A DNA stretch of 64,000 nt from Candidatus Parcubacteria bacterium (GCA_026004495.1 BPJG01000001.1:277133-341132); one strand, 5' to 3'; counted from the stretch's first letter, positions 17,253 through 27,352 are shown. Notes: generated from the letters alone by a model not told the origin. Made by a program: numbers and translations.

Positions 17253-18037
17253 CTGTTTTCATTTATAACTGTTGAAATTGTTCTACAATTACTAATATCC
17301 AATGGTCTACTACTTGTTGGCATTGCCGAAAAAACAAAAATGAGATAATTTCCTTCTTCACGAATTAGGTTATTAATTTCAATTTTAGCGCTTGTTTCGG
17401 TACAAAAAACTGATTTAGCTTGAGAGGGATAACGAGCTATTTTTTTAGTTTCACCCTTAATATTGGGAAATTCAGTTAAATTACTATAGATCACATTATA
17501 AATTTCTATGCCGTTTCTTAAATAACTTGAGCCATAAATACCCCAACAATCTTGATCTACTAACATCGGTAATGGTTTATAGGTACAAAAAACATAAGCT
17601 TGCAGAGGTCTGGTATCTATATTAAAACTTAGATTACATCCAGAACTTGAAGTAGTAATTGAAATACTCGAACTATCAATTATTGTCCCAGCAACATCGC
17701 TTACTAAAGCATCATCGCCAATTAATTCACAAAAAAATGTTGCTGAGGTTGACGAAGTAGTGGTACTATTGATAATGTTGTTAGAATTATTAGAAAAAGA
17801 AATATTATCAGCTACATTTTCTTTTTCTAAAAAAGATAAAATAATAACAGGCAAAGAATAAACTGATATTAACAAAATTAAGCCTAAAATAACATAAGGT
17901 AAATTTTTTTTAACTTCATCAAATTTTTTAAAATAAAATAATAAACCAAGATAAATAAAAATTCCTATTGAACCTAAAATAATAATTACTTGAATTATCC
18001 TTAAAATATTATTCAAAATGTTAATTATTTCTTGCAT
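17201..18037 (-). CDS. VirB2/TrbC-like pilin-fold membrane protein with a C-terminal extracellular domain
   Basis: An N-terminal hairpin of two hydrophobic helices separated by a short K/N loop (IILGSIGIFIYLGLLFYFKK...VILGLILLISVYSLPVIILSF). A Ser/Thr-rich C-terminal domain with conserved Cys follows. Confidence 0.5.
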   Translation of the reverse strand: MQEIINILNNILRIIQVIIILGSIGIFIYLGLLFYFKKFDEVKKNLPYVILGLILLISVYSLPVIILSFLEKENVADNISFSNNSNNIINSTTTSSTSATFFCELIGDDALVSDVAGTIIDSSSISITTSSSGCNLSFNIDTRPLQAYVFCTYKPLPMLVDQDCWGIYGSSYLRNGIEIYNVIYSNLTEFPNIKGETKKIARYPSQAKSVFCTETSAKIEINNLIREEGNYLIFVFSAMPTSSRPLDISNCRTISTVINENRWLRTGWHILAIKAEKR

Positions 18038-18040
18038 TTA

Positions 18041-18295
18041 TTAAAAATTGGGCACAAATATTTTAATTATTTCAAAAAATAATTCTCTTTTAATAAAAAT
18101 TATACCTAAAATTAAAATTCCTAAAATAATAAATAAAAGTGATATCTTTAAATCTGAGTAATTTTTATTTTGAAAATAAATTTTTATACCGAAATAAATT
18201 AAACTAAAAATCGAAATTAAAATAGCAAAAATTAAAAGATAATTTACTAAATTTACAAAAAAATTAAGAATTGGTTGCGTAAAATGAGAAAACAT
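18041..18295 (-). CDS. Small two-helix membrane protein (pilin-like)
   Basis: An 84-aa protein with the two-helix hairpin pattern of the array. Separated from the neighbouring gene by 3 nt. Confidence 0.45.
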   Translation of the reverse strand: MFSHFTQPILNFFVNLVNYLLIFAILISIFSLIYFGIKIYFQNKNYSDLKISLLFIILGILILGIIFIKRELFFEIIKIFVPNF

Positions 18296-18298
18296 TTA

Positions 18299-18574
18299 TT
18301 ATTGAAGAAAAGAAAAAATAATTAAAGGGATAGAAAAAGAGGCAATGATTAAAATAATTCCTAAAATAATAAAAATTAATTCATTATGCCAATTTTTACC
18401 TTGGGTAGATATATATTTAATACCAGCAACAATTAACAATCCTATACCTAAAATTAAGCCTATATTAAAAAAAATCCATAACAACCCCTCTATTTTACAT
18501 AAAAAATATTCTAGACCAGATAAATCACCGCAACCCACTTCTTTACCTATTTGAGCTAAAGCATAGAATGACAT
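18299..18574 (-). CDS. Small two-helix membrane protein (VirB2/TrbC pilin-like)
   Basis: A Cys pair (GCGD...FLCK) precedes helix 1. The hairpin is LLIVAGIKYISTQGKNW...ILGIILIIASFSIPLIIFSF. Total 91 aa. Confidence 0.5.
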   Translation of the reverse strand: MSFYALAQIGKEVGCGDLSGLEYFLCKIEGLLWIFFNIGLILGIGLLIVAGIKYISTQGKNWHNELIFIILGIILIIASFSIPLIIFSFLQ

Positions 18575-18575
18575 C

Positions 18576-20147
18576 TTAATGACTTATTAGAATATTTTTA
18601 GAATATGGCAACCTAATTTTAGTATTACAATCTTTGATATCTAAAATTTCATACTCAACCTGAATAAAGGTATTGCTAGGTAGACCACTTAAGGGCAATT
18701 GGATAACTTTATTTGTCTTATTTCTTTCATAAGGAAGCCTGAAATTAAAGGATTGAATAAATCGGGTAAAGTTAGCACTAACAACTCTATTATTGCTTAT
18801 GTTTAAATTATTAGCCCTAGCGGCTCTTAATGATAATGTAATATTACAATAACCATTAGTTGAGGGCGCTGGATCAAAACTATAATTAAATCTAATGTAA
18901 AATGGAGGATCAAATAATGAATAATCAGAAATACCTGTAATTATATTTCTGAATATCGAATTTAAAACAGAATTTAAACTATTAAAATTCATATCTATAG
19001 CAAATGTTTGTCTACCAAAAATTTCAATATTAATATCTCTTAAAACAATCTCTCTCCTTTCTTGAGGAATAGTTAATGAATATTGACTTAGATTAACATT
19101 ACAATCATTTGATTCGAAATAAATAATTAAATTATCTCCAGGTTGAGGATCAAGGGAAGCAACTTGAATAGTTCGAATTTGATTATTAACACCAATATCT
19201 AATCTTTGAGAGCTAAAATTTTGAGATGGTCGACTACGATTATAAACTGAAACATTTAATCTGCATTGACCTGAATTAGTTCTGGCTAAAAAATTAATAT
19301 TATTATTAAAATAAACAATACTACCCTGATCAATTAAAATATTATTTCTAATTTGACCACTTTGATTTTGTTGACCACCTTGATTTTGTTGAGTAGAAGC
19401 TACAAATGTCCCTCGAGTTAAACCTATTTCTAGTGCCCTAACAAAACTAAATGCTAAAACAGCGATAATAACACCTAATAATCCGTAATAAAATCGAGCA
19501 TGAATATTAGAAGCTTCAGTTGGTTTAGTGATATATAAAATACCAGCCCAAATTAAAAATATAACTGCTAAAAAGAGAGCTAAACTATAAACAAATCTTA
19601 AAATAAGAATTAAAATCCATAGAACGCATTGATTTATTCCCTGCTCACAGAAATTAACCCTGGGCAAAGAACCTTGTCGAGAACTTACTCCTAGATAAAC
19701 AGATTCTAAACTACCTCCTGGACTTATTTTAACATTTAGAACAGTTAAATCTACAGCTTCGTTAGGACTAATACCTAAGTTTGAGGCAAGTCTATTTCTT
19801 TCTAGTGCATCTGTTTGAATTACCTCATTAGATGCCTGAATTAAAAGCAAACTCCAATTTCCAAAATTTTCTCTTACAGCTAAATTAACATCAATTGAAG
19901 GATCATTGCTGATAATGGTTGGACCACTAACTTGAAAAAGAGTGCTTGTTCCATAAGCTCTATTAAGTATTTCAGCAGCCTTTTCTCTAACTTTAGTTCT
20001 AAATTGCGAATCATCAATCACTCTAACCTCTTTTGTAGTTTTTATACCAAATTCGAAGGGATTAAAAAAATAATCTTGAGAAAAAGAAAATAAAGGCAAG
20101 AGAAAAAAATTTAATATCACAATTAAGAATCTAAATTTATTTATCAT
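18576..20147 (-). CDS. Pilin-fold core flanked by large N- and C-terminal extracellular domains
   Basis: Signal peptide. An N-terminal domain of about 170 aa. Then a Cys pair (CEQGINQC) followed by the two-helix hairpin ending in ...SFVRALEIGLTR. A Gln/Asn-rich linker. Finally a C-terminal domain of about 270 aa. Confidence 0.55.
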   Translation of the reverse strand: MINKFRFLIVILNFFLLPLFSFSQDYFFNPFEFGIKTTKEVRVIDDSQFRTKVREKAAEILNRAYGTSTLFQVSGPTIISNDPSIDVNLAVRENFGNWSLLLIQASNEVIQTDALERNRLASNLGISPNEAVDLTVLNVKISPGGSLESVYLGVSSRQGSLPRVNFCEQGINQCVLWILILILRFVYSLALFLAVIFLIWAGILYITKPTEASNIHARFYYGLLGVIIAVLAFSFVRALEIGLTRGTFVASTQQNQGGQQNQSGQIRNNILIDQGSIVYFNNNINFLARTNSGQCRLNVSVYNRSRPSQNFSSQRLDIGVNNQIRTIQVASLDPQPGDNLIIYFESNDCNVNLSQYSLTIPQERREIVLRDINIEIFGRQTFAIDMNFNSLNSVLNSIFRNIITGISDYSLFDPPFYIRFNYSFDPAPSTNGYCNITLSLRAARANNLNISNNRVVSANFTRFIQSFNFRLPYERNKTNKVIQLPLSGLPSNTFIQVEYEILDIKDCNTKIRLPYSKNILISH

Positions 20148-20208
20148 AATATTTTTATTAATGCCAATAAATAAATTATAAATTCATTTTTAAATCTTTA
20201 AACTATAT

Positions 20209-20604
20209 CTATCTGGTTAAAGTAAATTCTATTCCTCTTACTAAACTAAAAGATAAAATTGTAATTATCGCGCCTATAATTGCCCATATTAAATATTTTT
20301 TAGCATTCTCATCATTTGGTTTAGTTGAAAAAAGAAATCCACTATATATTATAAATCCAACTGATAATAAAAGAGAAATTGTATAAATGAGAGTTAAAAT
20401 TCTATTAGCAAATATTAACAAACATCTACTTAATAACCCAGGTGGCACTGGATTACCTCTTAATACTTGTAAAATATCAAATGGCACACAGTTTATTTTT
20501 TGAGGAACAAACTGCAATGATTGAGCGTAAATATTTTCGATAATAGATAAGCTAATATACAAAAAAACTGGTAAAAAAATTAGATAAATATAATTATTTT
20601 TCAT
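20209..20604 (-). CDS. VirB2/TrbC pilin-like two-helix protein
   Basis: A Cys pair (CVPF...SRC), then the hairpin ending ...SFSLVRGIEFTLTR. The close paralog 18576-20147 ends its hairpin with ...FVRALEIGLTR. Confidence 0.5.
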   Translation of the reverse strand: MKNNYIYLIFLPVFLYISLSIIENIYAQSLQFVPQKINCVPFDILQVLRGNPVPPGLLSRCLLIFANRILTLIYTISLLLSVGFIIYSGFLFSTKPNDENAKKYLIWAIIGAIITILSFSLVRGIEFTLTR

Positions 20605-20605
20605 T

Positions 20606-20932
20606 TTAACCTATCGAACCAGTTGAGGCTATTCTTTCTATCAATAAAACTAATGAATAAGAAACGAGTGCTGATACAAGTCCAATGATTATCCAAATTA
20701 AATTCTTGCTATAATTCTTAAATTCTTGTGGACTAACGATTATCTTTAATCCTGTAATTAATATCATAATAATCGAAAAAGCTAATGACAGCCAAATCAA
20801 AATACTAAATACCCATCTAAATAGCAAAAGCAGACAGGGTAGAACATCATCACAAACCAAAGGAACTGGAGGATTATTTGGAGAGGTCAAGCCAAAGCGG
20901 CTATCAAATGGATAGTTAACCTGAAATAACAT
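20606..20932 (-). CDS. VirB2/TrbC pilin-like two-helix protein
   Basis: A Cys pair (VCDDVLPC), then two helices. The ORF ends 1 nt before the start of the next paralog. Confidence 0.5.
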   Translation of the reverse strand: MLFQVNYPFDSRFGLTSPNNPPVPLVCDDVLPCLLLLFRWVFSILIWLSLAFSIIMILITGLKIIVSPQEFKNYSKNLIWIIIGLVSALVSYSLVLLIERIASTGSIG

Positions 20933-20949
20933 AAAAACTTATTTTAATC

Positions 20950-21321
20950 TTATTGACCAAGTTGTCCAGTTTGAACAAATCTTGATACCAAAGAAACGAC
21001 TGCCCAAGAAATTAAGGAAATTACTAAACCAATAATACCATAAATTATGTAATTCTTTCCAGAAGACATATCTCCCTTAAAAATAATTAAAATTCCTGCA
21101 TAGGCGAAAAATATAACAGCAAAACCTAAAGCTATCCAAATTAATACCCTAAAAACTATTTGAAATATATTGGTGATTGTTGACCTAGGATTATCTTGAA
21201 TTAGCCCACTGTCTGGGTTATCTACGTCAAATTGGGGCAAATCTTGGCCCTTAATGTAAATGGGTAAAAATAAACCAATAAAAAGATATATTAAAAAGCT
21301 ATAAATTAATAATTTTCTCAT
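20950..21321 (-). CDS. VirB2/TrbC pilin-like two-helix protein
   Basis: A signal-like N-terminus, then the hairpin ALGFAVIFFAYAGILIIFKGDMSSGKNY...ISLISWAVVSLVSRF. Confidence 0.5.
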   Translation of the reverse strand: MRKLLIYSFLIYLFIGLFLPIYIKGQDLPQFDVDNPDSGLIQDNPRSTITNIFQIVFRVLIWIALGFAVIFFAYAGILIIFKGDMSSGKNYIIYGIIGLVISLISWAVVSLVSRFVQTGQLGQ

Positions 21322-21434
21322 TATAAATTTTATTCTTTTAATTTTACGACCAATTATAATTTTTTTTAAATATTTAAAGATTATAATATTATATTTACAT
21401 TATATTATATTTTTTTATTAATTAAGCAAATAAT

Positions 21435-21443
21435 TGTGGATAA
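21435..21443 (-). promoter_or_regulatory. Perfect DnaA box (TTATCCACA on the minus strand), 6 nt upstream of the comM ATG
   Basis: The 9-mer TGTGGATAA at 21435-21443 matches the consensus DnaA box exactly. Confidence 0.4.
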
Positions 21444-21449
21444 GCAAAA

Positions 21450-22964
21450 ATGTTATCTAGGGTATATTCAGCAATTTTAGACGGTTTAAGTGGTAATATT
21501 ATAGAAATTGAAACTGGGATAATGGTTGGCTTAAATAACTTTTCAATAATTGGTTTAACTGACAAAGCTATCCAAGAATCAAAAGAAAGAATTAATTTAG
21601 CATTAAAATCAATTAACGCTAAGCCCCCATTAAAATTCAATAGGCGAATAGTGATTAATTTAGCTCCAGCGGATTTAAAAAAAGAAGGTTCCTATTTAGA
21701 TTTGGGAATTACGATTAGCTTTTTAATTGCTACAGAACAAATAAAGAATCCTGATAAAAAAATATTATTTCTAGGAGAGTTAGGTCTTGATGGAAGCTTA
21801 AAGAGAATAAGAGGGGCCTTGCCTATAATTTTAAGTTTATATAATCAATTTGAAGAAATATATCTACCTGAAGAAAATATTAATGAAATAAAATTCCTAG
21901 AAAATATTGATAATATTTATCTTTTTAAAAATCTTAAGGAAGTTATAAATCATTTAGAAAAAACCAAAATAAAAGAAAGATTCGTAGCCAATAAATTCAG
22001 TGAATTATATAATAATCGAAATGAGCATTCGTTAGAATCAATAAAAATTTCTGAATTTATCTTGAGAGCTTTATTAATTTCTGCGTCGGGAAATCACAAT
22101 TTATTACTCTTTGGACCACCAGGAACAGGCAAAACTCTAATTGCTAAAAATTTAGTTAACCTTCTGCCAGATTTAGATTACAAAGAATCATTAGAAGTAA
22201 GTAGTATTTATAGTGCTTATGGTTATAATATCGACAATTTAATCATTAGGCCACCATTTAGAAATCCTCACCATACTGCTTCAACAGTAGCTATAATCGG
22301 TGGTGGGCATCCAATTAGGCCTGGAGAAATTACTTTATCTCATCGAGGTGTTCTTTTTTTAGATGAATTACCTGAATTTAAAAGAGATGCCCTAGAATCA
22401 CTTAGAGAACCATTGGATAATGGCGAAATAAATATTACAAGGGCTAAAAATAAAATAAGATTTCCAGCCAAATTTTTATTAGTTAGCGCTTGTAATCCTT
22501 GTCCTTGTGGTTTTTATAGTGATAAACTTAAAGAATGCCATTGTAGTATAACTGAAATAAAAAAATATCAAAAAAAAATTTCGGGACCGATATTAGACAG
22601 AATAGATATGAAAATAAATGTTCCTCGTTTAACTTCTGAAGAAATTTTTAATAATTCTGAATTGGATGTCAAGAATATAATTAACAAAATAAAAGAATTA
22701 AAAGAAAGACAAATTAAAAGACAAAATAAATATAACAGCGAACTGTCGCCTAAAGAAATAAAAAAATATTGTCGTTTAACCCAGCAAGCAGAAAATTTAT
22801 TAAAAAATTCGATTGATAAATTGTATCTTTCCGCTAGAGGAATACATAAAATTATAAAAATAGCTAAAACAATTGCTGATTTAGATAATAAAGATATCAT
22901 TGATGAAAATCATATCGCTGAAGCCATTCAATATCGATTAACAGATTTTAATAATAATGATTAA
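21450..22964 (+). CDS. comM: YifB/ComM family Mg-chelatase-like AAA+ ATPase
   Basis: N-terminus MLSRVYSAILDGLSG...IEIE. Walker A GPPGTGKT. A C-terminal Cys cluster CNPCPCGFY. Total 504 aa. Confidence 0.85.
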   Translation: MLSRVYSAILDGLSGNIIEIETGIMVGLNNFSIIGLTDKAIQESKERINLALKSINAKPPLKFNRRIVINLAPADLKKEGSYLDLGITISFLIATEQIKNPDKKILFLGELGLDGSLKRIRGALPIILSLYNQFEEIYLPEENINEIKFLENIDNIYLFKNLKEVINHLEKTKIKERFVANKFSELYNNRNEHSLESIKISEFILRALLISASGNHNLLLFGPPGTGKTLIAKNLVNLLPDLDYKESLEVSSIYSAYGYNIDNLIIRPPFRNPHHTASTVAIIGGGHPIRPGEITLSHRGVLFLDELPEFKRDALESLREPLDNGEINITRAKNKIRFPAKFLLVSACNPCPCGFYSDKLKECHCSITEIKKYQKKISGPILDRIDMKINVPRLTSEEIFNNSELDVKNIINKIKELKERQIKRQNKYNSELSPKEIKKYCRLTQQAENLLKNSIDKLYLSARGIHKIIKIAKTIADLDNKDIIDENHIAEAIQYRLTDFNNND

Positions 22965-24081
22965 ATTAAAAAAAAATATTCTATTACAAAATAATAAACA
23001 AAAAATTGTAAATAAAAATATTTTGGTTAGAGTTGATTATAATATAGATTTAAAAAATAAAAATTTCGAAGATTTATATCGTATTAAAGAAAGCATCCCA
23101 ACAATTAAATTTTTATTAAAAAATAAAGCCAATAGAATCATTTTAATTACCCATATAGGTAGACCTAAAAATAAGAATGATAGAAAAAATTTATCAACCC
23201 AAAATTTAATTCCTCTTTTAAAAAAATTTCTTCCTCAAGTAGAATATTATAAATGGCATAGAGGCCTAGAAATTCCTAATAAAAAATTATTAATTTTAGA
23301 AAATATAAGATTTTTTAAAGAAGAAGAGCAAAATGATAAAAAATTTGCCCTTCAATTAAGTAAATTAGGAGATATTTTTATAAATGAAGCATTTTCTGTT
23401 TCTCATCGCAAGCACTCATCAATTTATCAACTAAAAAAAATTTTACCCACTTTATATGGATTTAATTTTCAAAAAGAAATTGAAAACTTAAATAAAGTTC
23501 TAAAAATAAAAAGAGGATTATGCTTAATTATAGGAGGATTAAAGATTGAAACTAAATTACCTTTGATTAAAAAATTTTTAACCAAAGCTGAAACAATTAT
23601 CTTAGTGGGCGGTATAGCTAATACTTTTTTAAAAGCCAAGGGATTCAATGTCGGTCAATCAATAATTGATAAAAATTATTTAAATGAAGCAAGGAAAATC
23701 TCCAGTTCTAAAATATTATTACCCTTTGATTTTGTAACTAATAAAAATAAGGAAATTTATTTAGGAAAAATTGAAAAAGACGAAATAATTTATGACGTTG
23801 GTCAACAGAGTATTGAATACTTTAAATCAGAAATTAAAAAAGCAAAATGTATAGTTTGGAATGGTCCTTTAGGGTGGATAGAAGATAAAAAATATTTTAG
23901 AGGTTCCAAATTAATGGCTAAATTTTTAGCAAGTATAAATAATATTAAATTCGCAGGTGGAGGAGAAACACTTTCGGTAATTAATAAACTAAAATTAAAT
24001 AATAAATTTAATTTTCTCTCAACTGGCGGCGGAGCAATGATTTATTATCTAGCCTATAAAAAACTGCCTATTTTTGATTAA
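22957..24081 (+). CDS. pgk: Phosphoglycerate kinase
   Basis: ILVRVDYNIDL...IPTIKFLL...ILITHIGRPK matches the PGK N-terminal domain. GGGA is present near the C-terminus. Confidence 0.85.
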   Translation: MIKLKKNILLQNNKQKIVNKNILVRVDYNIDLKNKNFEDLYRIKESIPTIKFLLKNKANRIILITHIGRPKNKNDRKNLSTQNLIPLLKKFLPQVEYYKWHRGLEIPNKKLLILENIRFFKEEEQNDKKFALQLSKLGDIFINEAFSVSHRKHSSIYQLKKILPTLYGFNFQKEIENLNKVLKIKRGLCLIIGGLKIETKLPLIKKFLTKAETIILVGGIANTFLKAKGFNVGQSIIDKNYLNEARKISSSKILLPFDFVTNKNKEIYLGKIEKDEIIYDVGQQSIEYFKSEIKKAKCIVWNGPLGWIEDKKYFRGSKLMAKFLASINNIKFAGGGETLSVINKLKLNNKFNFLSTGGGAMIYYLAYKKLPIFD

Positions 24082-24154
24082 AAAGATATAAGGTTTTTAA
24101 GTTTTATTTTTAATACTTTTGACAATTAATTTTTTTTATAATAAAATTTAATCA

Positions 24155-24415
24155 ATGGAAAACTATAAAAAGATATCCAATAATTTAATGTGGGTTTGTG
24201 CTATGAGTATTATAGCTTATTTTATTTTTTTACCATTAAATTATAATCGACCTAATCCTATTCAAAAATCACCTTCTGAAGAAAAAATAGGACTTCCCTT
24301 AGAGGCAAACCCCTTATATTTATTCAAGGAAGAAGAGGAAATAAAACAAATCATTACTACTACCTCTACAGCAACTCCCGAATTTCCCAGGGCTCTAACT
24401 CCTACTATTGAATAA
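24155..24415 (+). CDS. Hypothetical small membrane-anchored protein
   Basis: An 86-aa ORF with one hydrophobic helix. No recognised homology. Confidence 0.3.
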   Translation: MENYKKISNNLMWVCAMSIIAYFIFLPLNYNRPNPIQKSPSEEKIGLPLEANPLYLFKEEEEIKQIITTTSTATPEFPRALTPTIE

Positions 24416-25366
24416 TTTATTGGCTAAATTAAAAGGATTGAAGCCAACTACTGAAAAGGCATAAATTTCTAAGGCACCAATATCGGAGTTAATTTTATTA
24501 GCTTCACCTCTGTTAACAGTAAAACCTAGAATATTGGAATTGTATTCAATAACAAAAAAATTAAAATTTTCAATGCCCAAAAAATAATATTTATAAACTA
24601 AATTAGTTAGTCCCTCTAAGTTATTTTTTATTCCTCCCTGATTAAAAAAAATAATTTCATCATCTTTGAAGGGTGTTAAGTTGATGCAAGCTTTAAGGTT
24701 ATTTATATTTTTCCCCAATTTTAAAGATTTAGATAATAAAAAAATATCTTCTAAATAATCACTTCGATATTTATTTTTATATTCTTTAAATTTTTCAAAT
24801 AAATAATTAATTTTTAATGGAAGGTAATCCAAAGCAAATATCTGAAGATGAGGATGAAAAATACTTGCTCCCGCTCGATAACCATAATTCCAAATAATAA
24901 TCCTATAACTAGAATTAAATTTACTAAACCATTCAATAGCCAAGCTAAAGGAATTTTTAATATCATTTTTATTAAAAAAATGTTTCTTAAATATAACCAA
25001 AGAATGATTTTTAGTTGATTTAGCCAAATTACTGGCGGTTATTGCTGATTTATTTTCTAAACGGCCGAAATTATCTTCGGGAGTTAGATTATAAACATCA
25101 CAAAAGGGATCATATTCATTTTTCAATTCATTGTTTTTTCGAGGTTCTTTTCTTATTGATCGCCAGAAATTAAAATGGGTCTCTTGATTTAAAATTTTAT
25201 TTCTTATAATAACAATAGTTTGATTTTGAGCCTGAGAAAAATTTTTTAATAATTTAGGTGTTAATTTCAAGTATGCTTTTTCATCTATAATTTCAAAAAT
25301 TCTATTGAAGATATTTCTTTCTTTATTTTTTAATCTATTTAATCTTTTAAATAATTCTTTTTTCAT
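24395..25366 (-). CDS. HIT-superfamily nucleotidyltransferase, GalT-like
   Basis: The HPHLQ motif in GASIFHPHLQIF resembles the GalT H-P-H-x-Q active site. Total 323 aa. Confidence 0.4.
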   Translation of the reverse strand: MKKELFKRLNRLKNKERNIFNRIFEIIDEKAYLKLTPKLLKNFSQAQNQTIVIIRNKILNQETHFNFWRSIRKEPRKNNELKNEYDPFCDVYNLTPEDNFGRLENKSAITASNLAKSTKNHSLVIFKKHFFNKNDIKNSFSLAIEWFSKFNSSYRIIIWNYGYRAGASIFHPHLQIFALDYLPLKINYLFEKFKEYKNKYRSDYLEDIFLLSKSLKLGKNINNLKACINLTPFKDDEIIFFNQGGIKNNLEGLTNLVYKYYFLGIENFNFFVIEYNSNILGFTVNRGEANKINSDIGALEIYAFSVVGFNPFNLANKLFNSRS

Positions 25367-25415
25367 TAAATAAATTAAGACCTAAGCAACTTAAAAATAA
25401 AAAAGTTGACTTATA

Positions 25416-25503
25416 CGGAAGGGGTGGGATTCGAACCCACAAGGGCTAACATAACCCAACGGCTTTCGAGGCCGTCCCAATAAGCCAATTCTGGCACCCT
25501 TCC
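25416..25503 (-). tRNA. tRNA-Ser (anticodon CGA), class II
   Basis: Hand fold: acceptor GGAAGGG/CCCTTCC; anticodon stem ACGGC/GCCGT with loop CTCGAAA; long variable arm; T arm GTGGG-TTCGAAT-CCCAC; discriminator G. Confidence 0.75.
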
Positions 25504-25523
25504 CTAAAAAATTTTATAAACTT

Positions 25524-25595
25524 TGGGCGGGAGAGGAATTGAACCTCTGTCCTTCTCGTTGTAAGCGAGACGCTCTACCACTGAGCTACCCGCCC
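25524..25595 (-). tRNA. tRNA-Val (anticodon UAC)
   Basis: Hand fold: acceptor GGGCGGG/CCCGCCC; D arm GCTC-AGTGGTA-GAGC; anticodon stem TCTCG/CGAGA with loop CTTACAA; T arm AGAGG-TTCAATT-CCTCT. Confidence 0.8.
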
Positions 25596-25897
25596 TATTT
25601 TAACCAATTAATAAAATGTAAAAGAATATTAGCAATAAATTCTTTTATTGATCTAAAAATATTTACAATATCTAAACCAAAATAATTTTTAATTTTATCA
25701 AAAAAATCATTAAAATTAAGGCCGGTAGTTTCTTGAATAAATTGCCAAAATTTTTGCCATCCTTTACTTAGGGTTCTTAAAAAAACCTCCCAATTAAAAT
25801 ATGGATTTAACCATTGCCAAAATGAATCAGGTAAAATAGCAAAAACAATTAAAATAATTATAAAATATATAAATAAACGAAAAATTAATTTAATCAT
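25595..25897 (-). CDS. Hypothetical small membrane protein
   Basis: A 100-aa ORF with a hydrophobic N-terminus. Separated from gltX by 2 nt. Confidence 0.4.
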   Translation of the reverse strand: MIKLIFRLFIYFIIILIVFAILPDSFWQWLNPYFNWEVFLRTLSKGWQKFWQFIQETTGLNFNDFFDKIKNYFGLDIVNIFRSIKEFIANILLHFINWLK

Positions 25898-25899
25898 TA

Positions 25900-27327
25900 T
25901 TAACTTAATTTGTTAATTGCTTTTTCTATTAATTTTAATGTTTTTTCTTTGCCTAATATTTCCATAATTTCTATTGGTGGAGGTGAGTATTGTAATCCTG
26001 TTAGGGCTACCCTAAGAGGCCAATAAATGTAGCCTTTATCGTTATGAAGATTATCTAAAATATTTTTTAAATAGCCAGCTTTAAACTTTTCATCCTCTAA
26101 TAAAGATAAATTTTTTAATGTTGTTTCAAGAGAAACTTTTATTTCATCTAGTGAATAATCTTTCCATTTTAATAAAGAAACATCAAAATCAAATTCTTTA
26201 AAGAAAAAATTTACCGAAGAAAATATTTCTTTTATAGTATTAGCTCTTTCTTTGCCTAATTCAATAATTTTATTTATTTGTTCATCATTATAATTTGTAT
26301 TTTTAATAATTTCTTTAATATCTGAAAAATATTCATCAGAGTTAATAATTTTAAGTATTTCTTGACTTAATTTTTTTCTTAAATAAATTCTATTTAACCA
26401 AGATAATTTTTTCAAATTTAAGGCACAAGGACGTACTTCTAATTTTTCCAATTCAAATTGTTGAATTATTTCTTCAAGGGAAATAATTTCTTGTTCCCCC
26501 TCGGGATGCCAACCTAAAAGAATTAAAAAATTAATAATCGCTTCAGGCAAATGGCCTTCTTTTTTATATTCTAATATTGACTTAGCTCCCTTTCTTTTAG
26601 ATAATTTACCACCTCCTTCATTTAAAAGAAGAGGTATATGAACATAAATTGGCAATTTCCAATTCATCTGCTTATAAATCATAATTTGTTTGGGGGTATT
26701 TGAAATATGTTCGGCTCCTCGGATTATATGGGTAATTCCTTGATAGTAATCATCTATGGGAGTAGATAGATGAAACAGTGGTTCTGTTAAGGATTTAGCA
26801 ATTACAAAATCACCTATTAAGCTTAAATCGAACTTAATTTCTCCTCTTAAAAAATCTTTAAAAATCAATACTTGATCAGGTACCCTTAATCTTATAACAT
26901 ATGGTATATTTTGAGAAATTTTTTTATTAATTTCTTCTTTAGATAGCTTTAAACAAGTTCTATCGTATCTTGGTGTTAACCCTTGAGAAATTTGAAATAT
27001 TTTTTTTTGTTCTAGTTCTTCTTTGCTACAAAAACAATAATAAGCTTTACCCTCCTTAAGCAATTGATCAATAATTTTTTGATAGAGAGAAATTCTTTCA
27101 GATTGAAAAATGGGCCCTTCGTCCCAATTTATATTTAACCACCTTAAGCTTTCTAAAATATCATTAACAAACTCTACTTTTGATCTTTTTTTATCTGTGT
27201 CTTCAATTCTTAAAATAAATTGGCCCTTTGTCTTCTTGGCATAAATATAATTAAATAAAGCCGTTCGAGCACCACCTAAATGAAGATAACCAGTAGGCGA
27301 AGGCGCAAATCTTACTTTTGTTATCAT
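25900..27327 (-). CDS. gltX: Glutamyl-tRNA synthetase
   Basis: Class I motifs: the HIGH-region FAPSPTGYLHLGG and the KMSKS-like KLSKR. Confidence 0.9.
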   Translation of the reverse strand: MITKVRFAPSPTGYLHLGGARTALFNYIYAKKTKGQFILRIEDTDKKRSKVEFVNDILESLRWLNINWDEGPIFQSERISLYQKIIDQLLKEGKAYYCFCSKEELEQKKIFQISQGLTPRYDRTCLKLSKEEINKKISQNIPYVIRLRVPDQVLIFKDFLRGEIKFDLSLIGDFVIAKSLTEPLFHLSTPIDDYYQGITHIIRGAEHISNTPKQIMIYKQMNWKLPIYVHIPLLLNEGGGKLSKRKGAKSILEYKKEGHLPEAIINFLILLGWHPEGEQEIISLEEIIQQFELEKLEVRPCALNLKKLSWLNRIYLRKKLSQEILKIINSDEYFSDIKEIIKNTNYNDEQINKIIELGKERANTIKEIFSSVNFFFKEFDFDVSLLKWKDYSLDEIKVSLETTLKNLSLLEDEKFKAGYLKNILDNLHNDKGYIYWPLRVALTGLQYSPPPIEIMEILGKEKTLKLIEKAINKLS

Positions 27328-27352
27328 TAAATAATATTATATTAAAAAAATA

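Noticed and set aside
12795-22900. Nested or antisense ORFs 12795-12983, 14610-14795, 16109-16291, 18345-18554, 21422-21640, 22568-22900
   Set aside because: Each is contained in, or antisense to, a longer motif-supported gene (AI-2E-like transporter, secreted protein, IscS, pilin paralog, comM).
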